Shown piece after piece: positions 1 through 9,497 of a stretch of DNA of 64,000 nt. The stretch's first letter is position 1, and each line of letters opens with the position of its first letter. Location: assembly GCA_045655005.1 (NCBI GenBank), contig JAZOOJ010000019.1:102335-166334 (forward strand). The letters run 5' to 3'. The translations under genes and the position numbers were made by a program. This DNA comes from Clostridia bacterium. GTDB taxonomy: Bacteria > Bacillota > Clostridia > Christensenellales > UBA1242. The notes below the pieces were generated by a model, which was given only the letters and a program-made list of their open reading frames with translations, did no database searches and was not told the origin of the DNA.

Positions 1-1063
1 GATAGTTGCAGAAAGAAAGGATTTGAAAGTTATTGGAATTACTGGAAGTTTTGGTAAAACTTCGGTAAAAAATATACTTGATACAATGCTTTCGATTAAG
101 TATAAAGTCTGCGCTACTCCATATAGTTATAATACACCGCTTGGATTGAGTAAAACCATTTTAAATAACTTGAAAGTTGATGATGAGATTTTGATTGCTG
201 AAATGGGCGCAAAGCATGTCGGAGATATAAAGTATTTAGTTGATATGGTACAACCATCAATTGGTATAATTACAGGTATTGGAAACCAACATCTTGCCAC
301 TTTTGGGAGTGTCGAAAATTTAAAGAATACAAAATTTGAATTGGTTGCAGGTTTAAGAGCAGGTGGAAAAGCCTACTTCAATTTAGACTCCGAACCAAAT
401 TTTGAATTGTTCGAAAAAGCCGAGTGTGATAAAATGGGTACAACCATCAAGGAGCAATTTGGCAAGGTTTACGCTTCTAATATTTCTGTGAACGAAAGAG
501 GGAGTGAGTTTGATTTGACTATTGATGGTGAAACGCTAAGAGTTCAAACGGTGTTGCTTGGAGTTCATAATATTTCAAATATATTACTTTGTGCAAGTGT
601 CGCGTATGAAATGGGAGTTAGTATTGGGGAGTTGCAAGTGGCAATTTCAAGACTTGTTCCGTCGGCTCATAGGCTTGCTATTGTTCCATCACAAAACTCA
701 TTAGTAGTTATTGATGATGCTTATAATGGCAGTGTTGAAGGGGCTCGTGCAGCGCTTCAAACAATAAAAGAATATAAGTCTAAAAAGATTGTTATTACGC
801 CGGGGTTGGTAGAACTTGGAAGTGAAGAGTTTAATAGTAATTTTATGTTTGGAAGAGAAATGGCGAGCGTATGTGACTATGTAATAATTAACGGCGTTGT
901 AAACTATGAAGCAATTTCTGCGGGTCTTGAATTTGGTGGATTTAATATGGAAAATGTATTGCGTTCGGGAAGTTTAAAGCAAGCAATTGAGGTCTTAAAT
1001 ACAATTGCTGAGCCGGGCGATGTGGTGCTTTTTGAAAATGATTTGCCAGACAATTATACTTAA
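1..1063 (+). CDS. murF: UDP-N-acetylmuramoyl-tripeptide--D-alanyl-D-alanine ligase (MurF), 5' end outside window
   Basis: Frame is open from nt 2, so the listed TTG at 23 is internal. Mur-ligase ATP site GITGSFGKTSVK, DDAYNGS, and a C-terminal Mur-ligase domain pattern. ddl follows. Confidence 0.85.
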   Translation, partial: IVAERKDLKVIGITGSFGKTSVKNILDTMLSIKYKVCATPYSYNTPLGLSKTILNNLKVDDEILIAEMGAKHVGDIKYLVDMVQPSIGIITGIGNQHLATFGSVENLKNTKFELVAGLRAGGKAYFNLDSEPNFELFEKAECDKMGTTIKEQFGKVYASNISVNERGSEFDLTIDGETLRVQTVLLGVHNISNILLCASVAYEMGVSIGELQVAISRLVPSAHRLAIVPSQNSLVVIDDAYNGSVEGARAALQTIKEYKSKKIVITPGLVELGSEEFNSNFMFGREMASVCDYVIINGVVNYEAISAGLEFGGFNMENVLRSGSLKQAIEVLNTIAEPGDVVLFENDLPDNYT

Positions 1064-1153
1064 AAATACATTTATTTGACGGGCTTTTTGCGACTTTCAA
1101 AAGATGGGCGAATATTGTTTCAAACTCTTGCAAAAGCGTCAAAAAAGCACAAA

Positions 1154-1186
1154 AGAACGGCTGATTTTAAAGCTGTTCTTTTTTAT
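1154..1186 (+). terminator. Rho-independent terminator after murF
   Basis: Hairpin agaacggct / agctgttct (one mismatch) followed by a T-run. It lies inside the ORF-track N-terminal extension of ddl (1076-1255), arguing that extension is not coding. Confidence 0.5.
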
Positions 1187-1255
1187 TTGGTACAAAATTG
1201 TCATTTTTACAACATTTTTCATAATTTATTAGTAGATATTAAAATGGGGGTAAAT

Positions 1256-2404
1256 ATGGCAAAAAATTTAATAATAGTTTACGGCGGAAGCTCGACTGAG
1301 CATGATGTTAGCATAATAACAGCATTGCAAATTTATAGGAGGTATAGTATAGAAAATGTATTCGTGCATTTGGTGTATATTGACCGAGAAGACAATTGGT
1401 ATATTGGAGAAGATTTAAATTCTTTTCAGTTTTACAGAAACAAGAATTTTACAAAGTTGAAGAAAGTTAAGCTTGAAGTTGGCTCGAATATTTTAATGCA
1501 TGATAAGGGTGTAGGTAGGTCAAAAAAATTATTTCAAGTTGACTTCGTTATTAACTGTTGCCATGGTGGATTTGGTGAATCTGGTGACTTGACAAGCCTT
1601 TTTGAAATGTGTAAGATTCCATCAAGCACAGGAGATAGCACATCTTTAAAAATTGCAATGGATAAGTATATGACGAAGTTGTTGTCTGTTTCTCTCGACA
1701 TCCCAACTATTGATTTTTTTGTGGTGACAAAAAAAGAGTGGCAGACTATTAGAGCGAAAATAAATGATCAGATTGAGCAATTTGGATACCCTGTTGTAGT
1801 GAAGCCGGCAAGGCAAGGAAGTAGTGTTGGTGTTTGTATCGCAAATAACTTTTTAGAGTTTGAAAGGGCTTTGAATTTTGCATATGATTTTGATGATAGG
1901 GTTATTGTTGAAAGAGCAATTGTTGATAAACGAGAGTTTAATTGTTGCTTGATTAAAAAAAATGAACGTGTAATTTCTGCAAGCATAGAAGAACCGAAGA
2001 CTTCAAGTGTGATTATATCGTTTAGCGATAAATATCTTGGCGGAAAAACTTCGAAATGTATAAAGGGTGGCGTTAAAAATTGTGGGGTTATAGGTGGTAT
2101 GGATAGTGCAGATAGGCAAATTCCTGCTGATATTCCAACAAAACTTAAAAATCAAATTATTAAATACGCAAAGACGATTTATCAAGCAATTGATATGTGT
2201 GGAGTTGTTCGGGTTGATTTCATAATGGATATTAATGCTGGGGAAATATATCTTGGTGAAATTAACAGCATACCGGGGTCTCTAGGTTTTTATTTCTGGG
2301 GAGATCTGAACATTCTAGAAATTCTTTATGAAAGTGGACTTTTGTATTGGAAACAAAAGTTTTTAAAGCAAAAATTTACGCCAATTGCTAAGATTTTTAA
2401 TTAA
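1256..2404 (+). CDS. ddl: D-alanine--D-alanine ligase (ATP-grasp)
   Basis: IIVYGGSSTEHDVS N-terminus, GYPVVVKPARQGSSVG, C-terminal GEINSIPG. Start set at ATG 1256 (GGGGG 5 nt upstream) instead of 1076. Confidence 0.85.
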   Translation: MAKNLIIVYGGSSTEHDVSIITALQIYRRYSIENVFVHLVYIDREDNWYIGEDLNSFQFYRNKNFTKLKKVKLEVGSNILMHDKGVGRSKKLFQVDFVINCCHGGFGESGDLTSLFEMCKIPSSTGDSTSLKIAMDKYMTKLLSVSLDIPTIDFFVVTKKEWQTIRAKINDQIEQFGYPVVVKPARQGSSVGVCIANNFLEFERALNFAYDFDDRVIVERAIVDKREFNCCLIKKNERVISASIEEPKTSSVIISFSDKYLGGKTSKCIKGGVKNCGVIGGMDSADRQIPADIPTKLKNQIIKYAKTIYQAIDMCGVVRVDFIMDINAGEIYLGEINSIPGSLGFYFWGDLNILEILYESGLLYWKQKFLKQKFTPIAKIFN

Positions 2405-2420
2405 AAACTTTATGATGTGA

Positions 2421-2455
2421 AAAAAGTTGAGTAAAAATGCTCGACTTTTTTATTT
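2421..2455 (+). terminator. Rho-independent terminator after ddl
   Basis: Hairpin aaaaagttgag / ctcgacttttt (one G-T pair) followed by a T-run. Confidence 0.5.
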
Positions 2456-2554
2456 TAAAAATATATTAATATAAGCGATTATTCCTTTGTATTTTATACT
2501 TATTTGATATATAATATTTATGTTAACTATTAAACTAGAATGGAGAAAGTATTG

Positions 2555-4909
2555 ATGCAAAAGATAAATCGCAACAAGATGGTGCTAAAATTTAACAAAC
2601 CTGCAAATTCGCTCAGTCCGTGGGAAAGTTCACTGCCTATTGGTAATGGAAGAGTGGGCGCATTAATTCAGGGTGGTGTTAGGTATGAAAGAATGATGAT
2701 TTCTAATGCCAACTCGGTTTGGCTTGGTCAAGTTGGGGTTCTGCCTGATATTTCTGACAAAATGAAAGAAGTCAGGAAATGCGTTGACTCTAAAAATCAA
2801 GTGCTTGCAGGATTGACTATTGAAAAGGCTTTTGAGATGAAAAAATATCAACCAACAGAAGCCTGTCCTTTGCCTATTGTGGATTTTTGTGTCGAGCAGT
2901 CGGTTGCTGGTAAACACGTAAGTCAATATTTTCGTCAAATCAATATGGATAATGGAGAAGCAACAGTTGCTTTTTCAGACGTAGGAACAAAGGTTGACAG
3001 GTCGACATTTGTTTCGAGTGATGATGGACTGATTTATTATGAAATTTCAAAAGTTGGAGCGGGGTCATTATCTCTTGAACTCTCTCTAAGGGCACACGAT
3101 AAATCTAAAATTTCTTTCAATGGGGAAATTGCGCCAGTTTTTGAAGAAGAGTCTGTTGAAATAGGAGCAACAACTCTTTGTTTTGATTCTTTGTATCATG
3201 GTGTTCATATAGGTGCCGTTGCAAGAGTTGTTGTCGACAATAAAGCAACATTGCAGTCATTTGAAAAATCTTTAAAAATTGACAATGCTGAAAGAGTGTT
3301 GGTAATAATAAAAACTTACATTGCTAAAACGAAAGATAAAGAATGGCAAATAATAAAATCAGATTTGCTAGGTATTAAACAGCCAAGTTATGAAAGGGCA
3401 TTTAGACAACATTTGAATGAATATGCGAAAAATATGAGCAAGTGTGAATTGTCAATCTCAAATGAGAAAGAAACAAGCATTGACAACTTGATTTCTGATT
3501 TCAATGAAAATAGTACTTTGATATATGAAAAACTTTTTCACTTTGCGAAATATTTAACCTGTATAGGCATATCTGAAGGTGACAATATTTCGTTTGTGAC
3601 CGGCTTGTGGTCATATCACTATGCAAATAATCGAGCAAATGCAGACAGTGCTTGTGCAATTCCTGCGATTTATGGTTCGCTTGGTGTTTTGGGGCAGACT
3701 GCGAAATACAAGTCTTTATTAGACTATTTTATCAAATATGCTGATGACTTAAAGAAAAATGCGTACAGAATTTACAAGTCAAAAGGTTTAATGGTCCCAT
3801 TTATTATGGCTCGTGATACGGGACTTACTGGAAACACGCAATCGAATAATGTGTCGGTGGTTTTAAGTGGTGCAGTAATTGCCAATATGTTCGGTGAATA
3901 TTTCTATTGGACAAAAGATGTGAAATTTTTAAAGAATGAAGCATTGCCATTTATGTGTGAAGTCACAAAGTTTTATATGAATTATTTTTATCAAAATCAA
4001 AATGGTGAACTTGTGAGTTGTCCGTCATATTCGCCTTATGGGAAAGCGAAGTATTTTGAGAATAAAAGTGTTGGCGTTTATAGGTCTTGTCCTGCGGATT
4101 TTGCAGTTGTTAGAACTTTGATTAATAATATTATCACGTTGTCAAACAACTATTCAATACCATTAAGTGATATTGTTGAATATCAAAAGTTTTTAAATTT
4201 ATTGCCACAAACAAAGGTTCAATCAAATGTTTTGGCAGAATATGCAGACGATGAAAACAGTAACAAAAGTGCTGGAATTATGCATTTGTATCCAGTATTT
4301 GGAACAAAAGATATTACTCTTCATTCAAGTGCTAATGTAATTGCACCATATTTAAATAGCGTGGTTCAAAAAATTGATAAGGCGTTATTTGCCCAAAATA
4401 TCGTATCAATAGGAAGACTTTCGGAAATTGCTAGCATACTTGGTCATGGCGATGCGTGTATAAGTATTTTAAGATATATGATTTCAAACTTTATGTCTAA
4501 TAACTTGATGTTTTTTAATAATGATAAAACGAATTTCTGTGCCTATGTTGATGGTGATAATTATTTCAATATCGCAGGAAACCAATTACTTCTTTCAAGT
4601 ATTGCAGATTGTCTAGTTTTATCAAGTGGAAAAAATATTTCAATACTTCCATCAAAACCTACGCTGTGGTCAAACGGAAGTATAAGTGGTGTTAATACAA
4701 CTCTTAATGTGTTGGTGGATTTGGCTTGGGATGATAAAAAGGGTGTTGCAAGCGTTACTTGTAAAGCACTTAAAAATACAATGTTTAATTTAATGCTTTT
4801 TAAAGGTGTAAAAAAAGTAAAAGGTTATGATGTTAATATTGCAAATCCTGTAATTGAGAATATCAATCTTTCAAATGGGAAATCGATTACCATTGAGATA
4901 AAATACTAA
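2555..4909 (+). CDS. Glycoside hydrolase, GH95-like (Glyco_hyd_65N_2-type N-terminus)
   Basis: N-terminal LKFNKPA..W..SLPIGNGRVGALIQGG resembles the GH95 N-terminal signature. No signal peptide. Start moved to ATG 2555 (GGAGA 8 nt upstream); ORF track gives 2540. Confidence 0.6.
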   Translation: MQKINRNKMVLKFNKPANSLSPWESSLPIGNGRVGALIQGGVRYERMMISNANSVWLGQVGVLPDISDKMKEVRKCVDSKNQVLAGLTIEKAFEMKKYQPTEACPLPIVDFCVEQSVAGKHVSQYFRQINMDNGEATVAFSDVGTKVDRSTFVSSDDGLIYYEISKVGAGSLSLELSLRAHDKSKISFNGEIAPVFEEESVEIGATTLCFDSLYHGVHIGAVARVVVDNKATLQSFEKSLKIDNAERVLVIIKTYIAKTKDKEWQIIKSDLLGIKQPSYERAFRQHLNEYAKNMSKCELSISNEKETSIDNLISDFNENSTLIYEKLFHFAKYLTCIGISEGDNISFVTGLWSYHYANNRANADSACAIPAIYGSLGVLGQTAKYKSLLDYFIKYADDLKKNAYRIYKSKGLMVPFIMARDTGLTGNTQSNNVSVVLSGAVIANMFGEYFYWTKDVKFLKNEALPFMCEVTKFYMNYFYQNQNGELVSCPSYSPYGKAKYFENKSVGVYRSCPADFAVVRTLINNIITLSNNYSIPLSDIVEYQKFLNLLPQTKVQSNVLAEYADDENSNKSAGIMHLYPVFGTKDITLHSSANVIAPYLNSVVQKIDKALFAQNIVSIGRLSEIASILGHGDACISILRYMISNFMSNNLMFFNNDKTNFCAYVDGDNYFNIAGNQLLLSSIADCLVLSSGKNISILPSKPTLWSNGSISGVNTTLNVLVDLAWDDKKGVASVTCKALKNTMFNLMLFKGVKKVKGYDVNIANPVIENINLSNGKSITIEIKY

Positions 4910-4923
4910 AAAGGGGAATTTGT

Positions 4924-5556
4924 ATGGGGTTGTTTTCTAAGAAAAAAAAGAAAAATAGCGATGATGGGTATTTTTCATCTGGCTCGTTTGAAAGTGCAGA
5001 TGCAAGTGATGATGCATTCTTAGTATCTGCTGTATCAAGTGGTGGAATTTCTGATGATGTTTTTGAAACCTCAGACGAAGTTCTTGACAAAACACGTGGA
5101 TATGGCTCAAATTCCGGACTTGCCTATGTGAATAAATATTCGGCTACAAACCAAAAACTGGCAACAACAAAAGTTGTAGATGTTGGTGTTTTCAAAAAGC
5201 CAGTAAAGGAAGTACCTAAACCGGTAGAATCTGAAAAAGGGTCTGCTCAAATACCATTGCTTGAAAAAGATAAAGACAAAAAAGATGATGTTTTGTTAGA
5301 GCCTTTATCAGATGATGAAGAAGAAAGTGATTTTGATAGTTTCTTTGAAGAGTTTATGAAAAAGACTGCAGACAAAGAAAAAGAACAAAAAGTTGAAGAG
5401 AAAAAGATTGAAGACAAAAAAGTAGAACCGATAAAAGAAACTCCAAAGATTGAAGTAAAATCAAAGGTTGTTTCAAAACCTGCTGTAAAAAAACCGAGAA
5501 AAAGGGCTATTGATATTGACATAATTTCTGGTGGTGTTGGGGGAGATATAATTTAA
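4924..5556 (+). CDS. Hypothetical low-complexity K/E/D/S-rich protein
   Basis: RBS AAGGGGA. 210-aa product without TM helices and with strongly biased composition. No family recognised. A8 tract at 4942-4949 near the 5' end. Confidence 0.5.
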   Translation: MGLFSKKKKKNSDDGYFSSGSFESADASDDAFLVSAVSSGGISDDVFETSDEVLDKTRGYGSNSGLAYVNKYSATNQKLATTKVVDVGVFKKPVKEVPKPVESEKGSAQIPLLEKDKDKKDDVLLEPLSDDEEESDFDSFFEEFMKKTADKEKEQKVEEKKIEDKKVEPIKETPKIEVKSKVVSKPAVKKPRKRAIDIDIISGGVGGDII

Positions 5557-5570
5557 AACAGGAATAATTT

Positions 5571-7097
5571 ATGTTACAAAAGTTAAAGTCGGTAAGTTTA
5601 TCTATGTTGCCAATTGTGGCAGTTGTATTGCTTATACATTTTACAATGTATGAGTTTACTACTGCCACTCTTTTTGATTTTGTAATTGGATTAGTTTTGT
5701 TGATTTTAGGTCAAGTTGTATTTATGGTTGGGCTTGATATAAGTATAGTGCCTATGGGTGAGTTCGTTGGGAACTCGGTAAATGACAAAAAGAAATTTTA
5801 TATTTTTATTATCTTTGGACTTGTTTTTGGTATCGTTTCAACAATTGCAGAGCCGGATTTTCAAGTTCTTGTTACAAAGATTTCTATTGCTGGGATAGGA
5901 ATTCCCAAGTGGTGGATTTTAATTGGTGCTGGTGTTGGTGTTGGTATTATGCTTGCAGTTGGAATGGTCAGGATTGTAATGGGCTATTCATTAAATTTGT
6001 TGTTATTTATAATGTATGCGTTACTAGCGGTTGTTTCTATATTCTTATCTGAAAAGTCATTTGCGGTAAGTTTAGATGCAGGGGCTGGAACGATTGGTGT
6101 TATTACGTCACCATTTTTGTTGGCTCTTGGCATTGGCGTTGCAAAGATTGTAACTCATTCAAGAAATACAGAGAGCGGGGCTGAAAATTTTGGTTTAATT
6201 TCGCTATCGGCAACTGGCTCGTTGGTTTTAATGGTGATTATGTCATTGATATTTGCAGGTGAAACAGGCGGTGTCGTTGGGGTTGAAAGTTCGACTCCTG
6301 TTTGGCTTTCTATCCTTTCGGATTGTGTATTATCGTTGTTTCCATTGGTTATTGTATTTTTTGTTTTTGAAGCACTCTTTATTAAAATATCATGGCACGA
6401 AAAAAGAAAGTTGTTGTTCGGCTCGGCTGTAACCTTTGTTGGTTTTTATATGTTTTTATTTGGCATAGAGTTCGGTTTTTCTAATATGGGATATGAGTTT
6501 GGAAATGCTTTATTAAAGCTGGATAATAAAATTTTAACGGTTGTGATTTGTGCTGTACTTGGATTTTTTATTGTATTTTGTGAACCGTCAATTAGAAACC
6601 TTGCCGAGCAAATTGAAAATGTTACAAACAGAAATATTCGCTCGGGATTGGTTGTTGTTGCGATTGCTTTTTCGGTTATAATTTCAAGTGTACTATGCGT
6701 GCTTAGAATATATTATGAATTTTCGATTTGGTGGATATTTGGCATTGGCTATGGACTAGTCTTTTTGCTTATGCCTTTTATACCAAAGTTGTTTAGTGCG
6801 ATAGCATTTGATTCGGGTGGAGTTACAAACGGAACACTGACTGTTGCTTTTGTATTGCCAATAATGATGGCGCTTGCTGGGAATGGAGCGACGGGGTTTG
6901 GTACTATTGGAGTTATGGTAATGACTCCTGTGCTTATTATTGAGATTTTAGGTTTTGTGTACAAAATATTGATTGATTCTGAGGTTAAGAAAAATCAGAA
7001 AATGTTGCTTAGACTTTCTAAAACCGAAGACCAATTCTCAAATATTGAAAAACTTAGAATTCAACATGAGCGAGAATTTGATGGGAGAGTGTTTTAG
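5571..7097 (+). CDS. DUF1538-type polytopic membrane protein (two fused halves)
   Basis: Many TM helices in two similar halves, each introduced by an AEP/CEP motif (TIAEPDFQVL, FCEPSIRNL). Followed directly by two PII-like genes, the usual DUF1538 context. Confidence 0.65.
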   Translation: MLQKLKSVSLSMLPIVAVVLLIHFTMYEFTTATLFDFVIGLVLLILGQVVFMVGLDISIVPMGEFVGNSVNDKKKFYIFIIFGLVFGIVSTIAEPDFQVLVTKISIAGIGIPKWWILIGAGVGVGIMLAVGMVRIVMGYSLNLLLFIMYALLAVVSIFLSEKSFAVSLDAGAGTIGVITSPFLLALGIGVAKIVTHSRNTESGAENFGLISLSATGSLVLMVIMSLIFAGETGGVVGVESSTPVWLSILSDCVLSLFPLVIVFFVFEALFIKISWHEKRKLLFGSAVTFVGFYMFLFGIEFGFSNMGYEFGNALLKLDNKILTVVICAVLGFFIVFCEPSIRNLAEQIENVTNRNIRSGLVVVAIAFSVIISSVLCVLRIYYEFSIWWIFGIGYGLVFLLMPFIPKLFSAIAFDSGGVTNGTLTVAFVLPIMMALAGNGATGFGTIGVMVMTPVLIIEILGFVYKILIDSEVKKNQKMLLRLSKTEDQFSNIEKLRIQHEREFDGRVF

Positions 7098-7100
7098 TTT

Positions 7101-7472
7101 ATGAAAAATAAAAAGAATAAAATGCAAAGTGTTACCCCAAAGTTTAAACTTGAAGATATAAATGAATTGAAGATAATATTGATAATCGCAAAAATAACAA
7201 TGGAAGAAGAAATTATTGAAAGACTTGAAAATCTTGGGGGGCAAGTGCTTTTAAGAGAGGTTGGCGAAGGTATTGGAAAAAATATGAGTCTTGAATTACT
7301 GGGCATTAACAATACACCTTACATTGTAATTTTAGCTACGGCAAGAAAAGAAGACGCTGACAACATTGTTGTTGCGATAGATAGTGAAGTGAATTTTTCG
7401 GCTCCTGGTGTGGGCTTGGGCTTGACTATTGATGTTGAAGGCTATATGGGTGCTAAGGGATTATTTTTATAG
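7101..7472 (+). CDS. PII-like (nitrogen regulatory protein P-II fold) small protein
   Basis: 123 aa, 3-nt gap from the DUF1538 gene. Alternating beta-alpha-beta pattern (IILIIAKITMEEEIIERLENLGG ... YIVILATARKEDADNIVVAID). Confidence 0.55.
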   Translation: MKNKKNKMQSVTPKFKLEDINELKIILIIAKITMEEEIIERLENLGGQVLLREVGEGIGKNMSLELLGINNTPYIVILATARKEDADNIVVAIDSEVNFSAPGVGLGLTIDVEGYMGAKGLFL

Positions 7473-7497
7473 AGTAATAGTTTTTAGGAGATATGAT

Positions 7498-7884
7498 ATG
7501 AAATTAACAGAAAAAGAAGTTATTGAAAAGCAAGTTGGTTTAGAATTCCCTTTAAATATTGGAGATGCTGGTAATGATGAGGTTCGTGAGATTGGCTCTA
7601 AACTTGTGATGGCTGTTGTAAAAAAAGGGTACGCCTACCAAGTCGTAAAGGTTGCAAATGAAAATGGTGCCAAAGGGGCTTTTATTTTGGACGGTAGGGG
7701 TACGTCAACTCATAAAAAAAGATTTTTTGGTTTTGATATAGCACCAGAAAAAGAAGTTGTTTTAATGGTTGTTAGCGATTCAATAGTTTATCCAGTAATT
7801 AAAAGCATTTACGCAATTGCAGATTTTAAAACAACGGTGAAAGGTGTGGTTTTTGCATTACCAATTTCTATGATATTAGATTAA
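7498..7884 (+). CDS. PII-like small protein, second copy
   Basis: Start at ATG 7498 with AGGAG 7 nt upstream (ORF track 7429 overlaps the previous gene). Pattern LVMAVVKKGYAYQVVKVANENGAKGAFILDGRG ... VVLMVVSDSIVYPVIKSI. Confidence 0.55.
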   Translation: MKLTEKEVIEKQVGLEFPLNIGDAGNDEVREIGSKLVMAVVKKGYAYQVVKVANENGAKGAFILDGRGTSTHKKRFFGFDIAPEKEVVLMVVSDSIVYPVIKSIYAIADFKTTVKGVVFALPISMILD

Positions 7885-7895
7885 TATAAAAAGCA

Positions 7896-7924
7896 AAAAG
7901 TGTATCAATTTTGATACACTTTTT
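7896..7924. terminator. Bidirectional terminator between convergent genes
   Basis: Perfect 12-bp stem aaaagtgtatca / tgatacactttt flanked by A-run and T-run, between the stops at 7884 (+) and 7931 (-). Confidence 0.7.
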
Positions 7925-7930
7925 AGTTTA

Positions 7931-9181
7931 TTAATTTTTAATACAACGGCCAACGTCGGTATTGTCAATATTTCTATTTTGTAAGTCTTTGCAAGGATTA
8001 GGCGTGTCTTCGTATCTGTAATCTTTGCCAAATTTTGTAATGTAAGTTGAAATAACGGCGTGAGAAGGAGTTTCTTCTACATTTTTATTCATTATTTTTT
8101 GAATGTTTGGATATCTGTCTGCTGAGTAATTGCAAGAGTCAACATATTCTTCAAATTCCGATGTATTATTAATGGTTTCAGCGATGACGTGTCTTATATA
8201 TTCTTTGTTTGGTTTAAAGTGTAGAAGTTTTGGGAACGCAGGCTTGGTGATAACTTCTTGCCAATCTCTCTTTTCATACTTCTTTAATAGGTCGGCAACT
8301 TTATGTAAGTGAGCAATTTCTTGTGTTAAATGTAGTTCCCAAACCTTTCTGATTTCTGGGTCGGATTCGTCTTGCAGGCACGAATAGTAAAGATAACACT
8401 CAGTATATTCGTGATTTAAACAATTTTCAAGGTAGGTAAGAGTAGGGTCTTTTAGTCCGCCATATCTTGTTACGTGTTGTTCTTCAATCATAGCGATTTC
8501 GCTGTACAATTTTCTACCTAAATCGTTTTTATAGAAACCGCCAATATTCATATAGTAGTTCATTGTTTGTTGTTCGGCAGCGGTGATAATGCAGGCGTGT
8601 AATTTTGTTAATGGGTCAGCAGTTTTGTTGTCAATCCAATAACTTAGTTCGTCGTAAGGGTGGCGGTGTTCTGATACGGTTGGGCGACCAGGGGTGATCT
8701 CGGTGTATTCGCCCACAAGTCTTTCTGCGTGAATTCCGTCGTCCATATCAAGAAGATTTGCGTATCTGTAAAGATGGTCAAAGTCTTCAAGCAAAGCAAA
8801 GTCTAATGCTTTTTTAACAACGGGGTCTTTTTCAACTTCTGCCATAATGGCTGTAAGGTCTACCGCAAGTTGTTCATAGCCAATTGTGGTTTCAAGGATT
8901 GTTTCGTTGATTGGCTTTAATGCAGAAATGCGTTTTTGTTGAACTTGTTCTACCTTTCTAATTAATGCTAAATCACGACGTAGGTCGTTGTCTGGGCAGT
9001 TCCTTGAAAAATTATGTCCGCCGTAAACTGATTCGTACTCGGTGCCATTCATCAAAATTACTCGGGTTTTGGTGTATGGGTCAGTAGAATCCTTATCATA
9101 ACTTTTTGGATACATTTTTGCAAAATCGCAAATACCCTTTTCGACTTTTTCAGGTTTTTCTTCAAATGGATTAAATGACAT
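7931..9181 (-). CDS. Ferritin-like / di-iron four-helix-bundle family protein (function unknown)
   Basis: Strong RBS (AAGGAGA). Spaced E..H-type pairs (AAEQQ, IEEQHVTRY, LTQEIAHLH) suggest a di-iron ferritin-like fold. Family not recognised further. Confidence 0.45.
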   Translation of the reverse strand: MSFNPFEEKPEKVEKGICDFAKMYPKSYDKDSTDPYTKTRVILMNGTEYESVYGGHNFSRNCPDNDLRRDLALIRKVEQVQQKRISALKPINETILETTIGYEQLAVDLTAIMAEVEKDPVVKKALDFALLEDFDHLYRYANLLDMDDGIHAERLVGEYTEITPGRPTVSEHRHPYDELSYWIDNKTADPLTKLHACIITAAEQQTMNYYMNIGGFYKNDLGRKLYSEIAMIEEQHVTRYGGLKDPTLTYLENCLNHEYTECYLYYSCLQDESDPEIRKVWELHLTQEIAHLHKVADLLKKYEKRDWQEVITKPAFPKLLHFKPNKEYIRHVIAETINNTSEFEEYVDSCNYSADRYPNIQKIMNKNVEETPSHAVISTYITKFGKDYRYEDTPNPCKDLQNRNIDNTDVGRCIKN

Positions 9182-9300
9182 TTTAATAATCTCCTTTTTT
9201 GGTTTTACTAAATGTAGTATGTGCTAAAATTAAAAATTTAAACAAGAAATAGCGGTTTAATAACGAGAAGTTTCTTATATTAAAAAATTGAATAAAACAC

Positions 9301-9329
9301 TTGCAAAAATAGAAAGTTTATGATATTAT
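9301..9329 (+). promoter_or_regulatory. Sigma-A-type promoter of tRNA-Leu
   Basis: TTGCAA (9301-9306), 17-nt spacer, TATTAT (9324-9329), about 35 nt upstream of the tRNA. Confidence 0.5.
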
Positions 9330-9366
9330 ATATTTTGTTCAATCCAATTGAACAAGACAACTTAAT

Positions 9367-9453
9367 GCCGAAGTGGTGGAATTGGCAGACGCGTCGGACT
9401 CAAAATCCGATATTGGAGACAATGTGCGGGTTCAAGTCCCGCCTTCGGCACCA
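9367..9453 (+). tRNA. tRNA-Leu (anticodon CAA), CCA encoded
   Basis: Acceptor GCCGAAG/CTTCGGC, anticodon arm TCGGA-CTCAAAA-TCCGA, long variable arm, T-arm GCGGG-TTCAAGT-CCCGC, discriminator A plus CCA. Confidence 0.9.
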
Positions 9454-9464
9454 TCAAAAATTCA

Positions 9465-9497
9465 AACCGAACCTGATTATAGGATCGGTTTTTTTGT
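9465..9497 (+). terminator. Terminator after tRNA-Leu
   Basis: Hairpin aaccgaacct / aggatcggtt (one mismatch) followed by T7. Confidence 0.6.

Noticed and set aside
1076-1255. N-terminal extensions of ddl (1076), ogg (25052), lysK (to 20489), the second PII-like gene (7429) and comEC (28545) suggested by the ORF track
   Set aside because: The extensions contain a terminator or promoter elements, or lack an RBS. Internal ATGs have proper Shine-Dalgarno spacing and match known protein N-termini.
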